A DNA stretch of 64,000 bases from IMG/VR virus record IMGVR_UViG_3300037067_020597, positions 1 to 64,000 of that record. The stretch is one strand, 5' to 3'. Shown piece by piece: positions 58,118 through 64,000 of the stretch. This stretch comes from a virus (Duplodnaviria; Caudoviricetes). The notes beneath the pieces were generated by a model. That model did not search any database. It was not told the DNA's origin and saw only the letters and a list, made by a program, of their open reading frames with translations. The position numbers and the translations under genes are program-made. The first letter of the stretch is position 1. Every line of letters begins with the position of its first letter.

Positions 58118-61039
58118 ATGGGATTGACAGCCACAAGTCAAATTACTCAGCAAACAACACCAGAAGCGGTTCAGGAATTTCCTATATCATTTGATAATAG
58201 ATATATGGTTACTGGGTTTGTAAACGCAAGCCTAATACCTGGTACGCCTTTCGTTAATATGTGGGGCAATGTTACTCTTGCTGGTTTGTTGTCAACTGAT
58301 AATAAAGGTGTCATTACTAGAGTTGATAGACAATATCAAAGCTTGAACCAAGATAATGTATCTCTTGCTTACGATGAAGAGACGATGAATTCGGTATTGG
58401 CACTGCTACGGATTTGTCGATGGCCCAACATTTCACATTATATAGCATTCTTAGACGATGCTAATACACTTTATCCTTGTGCAATAACATATCTAGAAAC
58501 AAATCAATGGGTTTCGCAACCTATAAACATCGATATCGACCACACAATTTTCACTACGCAATATGCAGTGTGGCATACTCATCAGCTAGAATATTTTGGT
58601 CTTGATTTGCCGCAGAACGGTGAAGTATGGAGTGGGGGACTGGTCCTTGGCTCATCCGATAGTATGATGAACTTGGGAGAGTATCGCACTTACGATGTGA
58701 TGTTTGGCAATCAAGATGTTTTTAGTCCTACATATATTGAGAAACTAACTGTTACTTTGCCGGTTCCAGGATACCAATATTTGCGTGCAGCGGGTTACAA
58801 GACTCCATTTATTCGAGCAGATCTGCCATATACGCTCGAATGGTTTAACGATTCTCCGGATGTCGCTGCAACAGAATTATATTGTCGTGACTTATGTTGT
58901 GCAGGATGTGACGGAGATTACTATGGCAGTTTTGCGCCATCGGGATCGATTAGAGTAGATGGACATCCTATTGGTACGCAGAGGTTATGGCTGATAAAGG
59001 GCATAAATGCTTTTGGCACAACTATTACACAAATGTGGTTTAGCGCTGTAGCAACATGCCCCAGGAGATTGACGTATTTCGGTGACTTTATAGAAGATTG
59101 TAAACTGCCACCATCTCCTATTCCGCCACCACCGACACCGACTCCGCTGCCACCGCCACCATCACCTTCATTCAGCCCGTCACCTTCGCCTTCGTTGTCA
59201 CTATCGTCATGGCAGTCTGCGTCTTTATCGCCATCACCATCACCATCTGTTTCGCCGTCGCCGTCTGTTTCGTCTTGGGCATCTCCTTCGGCATCGCCAT
59301 CATTGTTGTCGCCATCGACGAGTTTGTCGCCGTCTCCTAGCATCTCATCATCACCAGCAACTTCAGCATCGCTTTCACTCTCTCCGTCATTATCTGTATC
59401 GCAGTCGCCTTCAACTTCGATATCGCTATCTCCTACGCCTTCTATATCACTGTCGCCTTCGCCATCATTGTCATTGTCTGGATCACCCTCACCCTCACCT
59501 TCACCATCGGCTGATGTCAGCCATTATGATTGGTACTCAAGAGTGGCCGATGCTTTCGACGGTCGTTTTGTTATCACTTGGGTGCGTTACAGTCAATCAC
59601 CATCAGATAGAAAGCAGTATCAATATAACCCGATTGTCATGGCACAGGTATTTAATGCTGACAATACGCCAATGACGGGGCAGTTTATTGTGCCGTCATA
59701 TACCGATAAAACAAGTATTTGTCCAGATGTAGCGATGAATTGGGATGGATCATTTATTATTACCTGGTGTGGTCCAGATGTTGATTATGGTGTCGGTGTT
59801 CAAGCACGTAGGTTTGATTCGTCTGGTAATCCAATAGGAGATCAGTTTAGAGTAAATGCATTGGCTGACGCCAGTTACGAGACACCAGCTATTGCTATAA
59901 GGCAAGGTATATCAGATGGCAGTTTTATGATTGTGTGGGCCGAGTATTGGAACACTGGTCAACGTGAGATTTATGGTCAGAGGTTTAATTCTTCTGGTGC
60001 TAAAGTTGGTACAACTAACCTCAGAATAAGCACGACATCTGGATATTATAAAGAAAATCCAGATGTCGACATGGCTGATAATGGCAATATGTTTGTTGTA
60101 TGGGAAGGCGCGAAGGTTGACGTTCCTAACATATGGGGGCAGCGATTAAATAGTACTGGTGGTTTAGTTGGTGGTGAGTTTCAGGTCAACACTAGCTCGA
60201 CTACGATGCTCAGTGAAGACCTGAATCCAAGAGTTTCTGTTGCGGCGAATGGCTTAACCGTTGTGTCTTATCAGTTATTTGCTGCTGGAGATGCTCCTCA
60301 GTTTAATGTTTATGCACGCAGATACAACGCTTCCGGAGTTGCACAAGGCAACAACTTCAGAGTTAACCAATATACGGGTAGTGGTTGGCGTCGATGGTCG
60401 GAACCAGCCTGTGACCGTGATGGCAATTTTTCTATCTGCTGGCATTCACTAGGTCAAGACGATCCGATAACGACTGATTATGGCATTATGGGGCGATCTT
60501 ATAATGCCGCTGGTACTGCAGTGACGAATGAATATTGTATAAATAACTACCAATTAGAACATCGCGGCATTGATTACCAGATGTATCCTGCTATGACACG
60601 ACGATGTGGTAGTGGCCAATGGGTATGCTCTTGGAATGGATATCAAGGAATTGCACCATCAGGTGGCACCTTAGGCATATGGCATTCGCAAGTTAAAGAT
60701 GTTGGTGATATCAGAAGGCAACCGTTGCCAGGATTATGGTGGGCTATGAATGCACCACTTTCTGGAACTTATAATGTGGGTTCAAATATTACCATTTCTT
60801 GGACTGCTACTGGCGTTCAGCCTGGATACACTGTATGTCTGTGCTATGCATCGCAGCCTAACTTGTCTGGCGAGGAGCATTGGATTACAGTTGGTGAAAT
60901 CCAAGCTATTAACGAAATTGCAACTTGGACTTGGAACACCACTGGTGCTACTCCTGGTACATGGTATATCGGTGGCTATATTTGGAACGGTAGTGCTCCT
61001 ACCTATGCGTTTGCTACAACATCATTTATTTTGCAGTAG
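58118..61039 (+). CDS. Large virion protein with a long Ser-Pro linker and F[QR]VN beta-repeat domain
   Basis: SP tract of about 130 aa; repeated ARR[FY]...G..FRVN...P.VA units. Confidence 0.7.
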   Translation: MGLTATSQITQQTTPEAVQEFPISFDNRYMVTGFVNASLIPGTPFVNMWGNVTLAGLLSTDNKGVITRVDRQYQSLNQDNVSLAYDEETMNSVLALLRICRWPNISHYIAFLDDANTLYPCAITYLETNQWVSQPINIDIDHTIFTTQYAVWHTHQLEYFGLDLPQNGEVWSGGLVLGSSDSMMNLGEYRTYDVMFGNQDVFSPTYIEKLTVTLPVPGYQYLRAAGYKTPFIRADLPYTLEWFNDSPDVAATELYCRDLCCAGCDGDYYGSFAPSGSIRVDGHPIGTQRLWLIKGINAFGTTITQMWFSAVATCPRRLTYFGDFIEDCKLPPSPIPPPPTPTPLPPPPSPSFSPSPSPSLSLSSWQSASLSPSPSPSVSPSPSVSSWASPSASPSLLSPSTSLSPSPSISSSPATSASLSLSPSLSVSQSPSTSISLSPTPSISLSPSPSLSLSGSPSPSPSPSADVSHYDWYSRVADAFDGRFVITWVRYSQSPSDRKQYQYNPIVMAQVFNADNTPMTGQFIVPSYTDKTSICPDVAMNWDGSFIITWCGPDVDYGVGVQARRFDSSGNPIGDQFRVNALADASYETPAIAIRQGISDGSFMIVWAEYWNTGQREIYGQRFNSSGAKVGTTNLRISTTSGYYKENPDVDMADNGNMFVVWEGAKVDVPNIWGQRLNSTGGLVGGEFQVNTSSTTMLSEDLNPRVSVAANGLTVVSYQLFAAGDAPQFNVYARRYNASGVAQGNNFRVNQYTGSGWRRWSEPACDRDGNFSICWHSLGQDDPITTDYGIMGRSYNAAGTAVTNEYCINNYQLEHRGIDYQMYPAMTRRCGSGQWVCSWNGYQGIAPSGGTLGIWHSQVKDVGDIRRQPLPGLWWAMNAPLSGTYNVGSNITISWTATGVQPGYTVCLCYASQPNLSGEEHWITVGEIQAINEIATWTWNTTGATPGTWYIGGYIWNGSAPTYAFATTSFILQ
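59107..59510 (+). repeat. Coding Ser/Pro low-complexity tract
   Basis: Direct translation: PPPSPSFSPSPSPSLS... Confidence 0.9.
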
Positions 61040-61059
61040 CACTGAGTATTTCACTGCAC

Positions 61060-62148
61060 ATGTACATCCCCATACCGCCCGAAAAGATAACTGCCTGGGT
61101 TTATAAGAACTTTCCAGACTGCAAGCCGCGAAAAAACGGTGATGAATTACGTATCAACAATCCGTTTAATGGCGATGCTGGATATCATTTCAATATAAGT
61201 GTAATAAAGGCCAAAGCACATGATTGGCGCGGTGATGCTGATTGGGTAGGCTATAACCCTAATACTGGCAAGCTAAACTATAGAACCTTCATACGGTTCG
61301 TTCAACAATATCTCACGCTTAAGCATGGAAGGTGCTCATTCTCTGAGGCCGTTCAAGACATTCTCGGAACGTCTTCTGGCACACGTGCGCTGTGGAAGTG
61401 GCACAAAACACGTCTAATGCCAGAGTGCAAAGAAAACGTATCTCTTGCACTTCCAGAGGGCACTCTAGAATTCGGTAAGTCGTCTAAATTGACGTCTGGA
61501 TTATTATCATGGTTGGAAAGCAGGGGAGTAGATGAGAAGAAAATCAACAAATACAAAATAATGTATTGCGGTCTCAATGTGGTGTGGCCGTATTTTGAAT
61601 ATGATGAATTATGCTATTGGCAAAGTCGATCTCGTATTAATAAGATTTTTCGATTCCCGCCAGAGAGTGTTGGTGTAACCAAAGGTCAATTTCTTTATGG
61701 TTTCGATCAGATAGAACCGGCCAGTTATATCATAATTACTGAATCGATTTTCAATTGTCTGACTCTGGAAGATCAGTGTTTAGCGACAGGCGGTGCATCA
61801 CTTACAAATATACAAGTTAAGAAGATACGTTTGCTTGGGCCAAAAGATGGAATTATCCTTGCACCCGACTATGATAAAGCTGGGATAGAGAGCGTATTAC
61901 ATAATGCAGCGTTGCTTCAACCCCTCAATTACAAAATTTATTATGCATTGCCGCCAGTAGTTAAGCTGCCAAATGGCGACCTTAGTAATGATTGGAACGA
62001 TCTTGTAAAGGTGGCTAATGCCGCCGAGATACGAGAGGCTTTTGAGAAGAGCGTCAAACCATTTAATGTGCAGCAGAGGCTGTATCTAGAGCACAAATTG
62101 AAGACGCTTGGAATTGCAGCATGTCCTAAGCTACTGCGGCACTTTTAG
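61060..62148 (+). CDS. DNA primase (TOPRIM, gp61/DnaG-like)
   Basis: WQSR, LYGFD, IITESIFNC, ATGGAS, APDYDKAG, DWND. Confidence 0.85.
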   Translation: MYIPIPPEKITAWVYKNFPDCKPRKNGDELRINNPFNGDAGYHFNISVIKAKAHDWRGDADWVGYNPNTGKLNYRTFIRFVQQYLTLKHGRCSFSEAVQDILGTSSGTRALWKWHKTRLMPECKENVSLALPEGTLEFGKSSKLTSGLLSWLESRGVDEKKINKYKIMYCGLNVVWPYFEYDELCYWQSRSRINKIFRFPPESVGVTKGQFLYGFDQIEPASYIIITESIFNCLTLEDQCLATGGASLTNIQVKKIRLLGPKDGIILAPDYDKAGIESVLHNAALLQPLNYKIYYALPPVVKLPNGDLSNDWNDLVKVANAAEIREAFEKSVKPFNVQQRLYLEHKLKTLGIAACPKLLRHF

Positions 62149-62546
62149 CGTTTTCGTAGGCTATCAAGTGCCCATGTTCCGACGATGAGAGCAGACATCA
62201 CTCTGCAGAACTTCCGAAGCATTTGCCCAATGCTGAGCAGGCTGTTGGTATCGACTTTACCATATTCGTCCAGAGCCACGTCAAGCTCATTGGTCATTTT
62301 TATCCAGACGGGATTTCTTGTCGCTTCTAGGTGATTGAACAATTCATCGCGGGCATTAATGATTTCAACAAGATGTGCAACCTCTTCCCTACACGCTTTT
62401 GTTCTTTGAGACGACAACGTACCCCCCTCTATCAAGCTTAGCAGACGGCCACGTTGTACGATGTCTTTTTGCTGTCTGATGAACTGCTCTCTGAGTTCTT
62501 CGTATCCCATAATTCTGTTGCTTGCATGCTCTCTCATCATCTGCAC
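62145..62546 (-). CDS. Hypothetical coiled-coil protein
   Basis: 133 aa ORF. Confidence 0.5.
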   Translation of the reverse strand: MQMMREHASNRIMGYEELREQFIRQQKDIVQRGRLLSLIEGGTLSSQRTKACREEVAHLVEIINARDELFNHLEATRNPVWIKMTNELDVALDEYGKVDTNSLLSIGQMLRKFCRVMSALIVGTWALDSLRKR

Positions 62547-62612
62547 CTCTATCTTTTTATAGCACGAGAGAATTATATCGTTAATTTAGTAGAACCGGTA
62601 AATATAATATAC

Positions 62613-62882
62613 CTATTTGGGGGTATATTCAGACAGAATTATAACCTTAGATTTGGCAAATTGCCTATAGGCGGTTTTCCATGACCTTAACTTTCGAAAC
62701 CATTCCATTTTGTCACGAACTGACAGCCGTGACAAGCGTGGCAGCGCGGCTCTTATCATCGGTATCTCTGATTTATCCATTGCTTCATGCTTTAGAAGCA
62801 CTAGGCGTTTGCCGTCGTCGTCCAATAAGAGGAATAGGGCTGGTTTTTTGGCGGGGTCAAAATTGATAAAGAGGAGTTTCAT
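62613..62882 (-). CDS. Hypothetical protein
   Basis: 89 aa ORF. Confidence 0.5.
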   Translation of the reverse strand: MKLLFINFDPAKKPALFLLLDDDGKRLVLLKHEAMDKSEIPMIRAALPRLSRLSVRDKMEWFRKLRSWKTAYRQFAKSKVIILSEYTPK

Positions 62883-64000
62883 GTGGCCACCAATAATAAA
62901 AGGCTTGTTAACGACGGTATCGCTAAAATAAGTACAGCCCCATCGGTTGTAGTCAAGATTAATATACCCACTACATCAAATGAGATTTTCCCAAATTGCG
63001 GCACTAACTGTATCGAATATGAATTTACGGCAATGTTAAATGGTGGAGAGCAAGTCAGAGCCAAATTTGCCGATCCACACTTCACTATGTACAAGAATTT
63101 TATCGGCAACTCGTATTTTCACTATAGCCGTAATGAATCACTAGGTCCGGTCGATATTGAAAGTCTCATTAGATGGGGGGCAGTTAGTGAATTAAGGACT
63201 GCTACTCAATCTCATGCGTTAGTGACAATGGCACCTTCTGGAGTTACTAATACCTCTGAAATAGAATTACTAGCAGTCGATTACCCATCTTATTTTTTAG
63301 CTGCCGGTGATGCTGGTGGCGGTAGCTATCAAGGCAATGTTGCCAGTGTTATACGGCAAGTTGTCCAGAAATATGGAAAAGGTCGATGTAACTTAGAGTT
63401 TGATGCCGATACAAGAGATAATAAATTTAATAGATGGTGGCAATTGAGAATGGACCCTAAGACATTCATTTTGTCACTGTTGGATTGGACGACAAGCTTG
63501 TCTGATAATCAGACACGTTGGTTTTTATATCCAGATGCTAGTACGTTGATAATAAAGGAGCAGGCGTCTGTAGAATCAAAGCAGAGAGCAACCTATGAGT
63601 GGCGTGGATTTGGAGGTGGCTCAGACAAAAGACCGGGCGATATTCTAGAATGGGAGTTTATAGGTGACAATGCTTTGCAAATGTTGAATAATCAGATGGT
63701 TACTAGTGGTATGTCGTCGGTGTCAGGTGAGTACTTTGATCGATCAACACATAAGCAGAAAATGGATGTGGTGTTTATTGGCGATGAGCAGACGCCAAAT
63801 AAATATAAGCCACAGGTTGATAATACAGGCAAGATAGGCACATCGACTAGGCTATGGAGATCATACGATAAACCCAGCGGTGATGGTGATCCATTATCAG
63901 ACGTTGTTGGTTGGACAGGAATATCCTCGATCCCAGAGTTTTCGGCTGGTGATTTAGGTTTGAGGTATCGTGATTTTATTGACGGGAGAGCACGTGGTGC
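62883..64000 (+). CDS. 3'-truncated ORF, possibly baseplate hub (gp27/late control D-like)
   Basis: Hand translation from a GTG with GAGGAG SD is open to the window end (MATNNKRLVNDG...). Function is inferred from context only. Confidence 0.55.
   Translation, partial: MATNNKRLVNDGIAKISTAPSVVVKINIPTTSNEIFPNCGTNCIEYEFTAMLNGGEQVRAKFADPHFTMYKNFIGNSYFHYSRNESLGPVDIESLIRWGAVSELRTATQSHALVTMAPSGVTNTSEIELLAVDYPSYFLAAGDAGGGSYQGNVASVIRQVVQKYGKGRCNLEFDADTRDNKFNRWWQLRMDPKTFILSLLDWTTSLSDNQTRWFLYPDASTLIIKEQASVESKQRATYEWRGFGGGSDKRPGDILEWEFIGDNALQMLNNQMVTSGMSSVSGEYFDRSTHKQKMDVVFIGDEQTPNKYKPQVDNTGKIGTSTRLWRSYDKPSGDGDPLSDVVGWTGISSIPEFSAGDLGLRYRDFIDGRARG

Noticed and set aside
58921-59343. Minus-strand Gly/Asp-rich ORF (also 41210..41443 and 28308..28583)
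   Set aside because: They are antisense shadows of the Ser/Pro or acidic tracts.
1-64000. Stop-codon reassignment
   Set aside because: Conserved genes read intact in the standard bacterial code, and TAA, TAG and TGA all end genes at coupled junctions.
1-64000. tRNA or rRNA genes
   Set aside because: No cloverleaf or T-loop signature was seen by eye in the short intergenic gaps; tRNAscan was not run.
1-64000. Cellular chromosome or eukaryotic contamination, prompted by the GT27-like gene and recA/dnaE
   Set aside because: The genes are intronless, SD-led, tightly coupled and continuous with a T4-like neck/sheath/tube module.

Overview
This window is 64 kb of a large T4-like/jumbo myophage genome, with no cellular housekeeping context. 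Replication genes: a DnaE-type polymerase in three pieces, RecA, DnaB, primase, SSB, 5'-3' exonuclease, a short PolA-like protein, UDG and a resolvase. Contractile-tail genes: neck proteins, tail terminator, sheath, three tube paralogues, an assembly chaperone and a probable hub. It also holds large decorated virion or fibre proteins with collagen, Ser/Pro-rich, dockerin and F5/8 domains, plus at least five glycosyltransferase-like genes. Highlights: (1) a protein matching the eukaryotic polypeptide GalNAc-transferase (GT27) catalytic domain motif by motif, fused to a Maf/sialyltransferase-like domain and encoded just downstream of a mucin-like Ser/Pro virion protein, suggesting a phage mucin-type O-glycosylation system; (2) a fractured dnaE with a naturally split intein flanking a free-standing endonuclease, plus a second, intein-free break; (3) translational oddities, namely ATT starts, a candidate chaperone frameshift and structured leaders on the sheath and tube genes; (4) an actin-fold ATPase and a Vsr-like/Mom-like fusion. 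A Planctomycete-style dockerin hints at the host. All family assignments come from motif recognition by eye; no database search was run.
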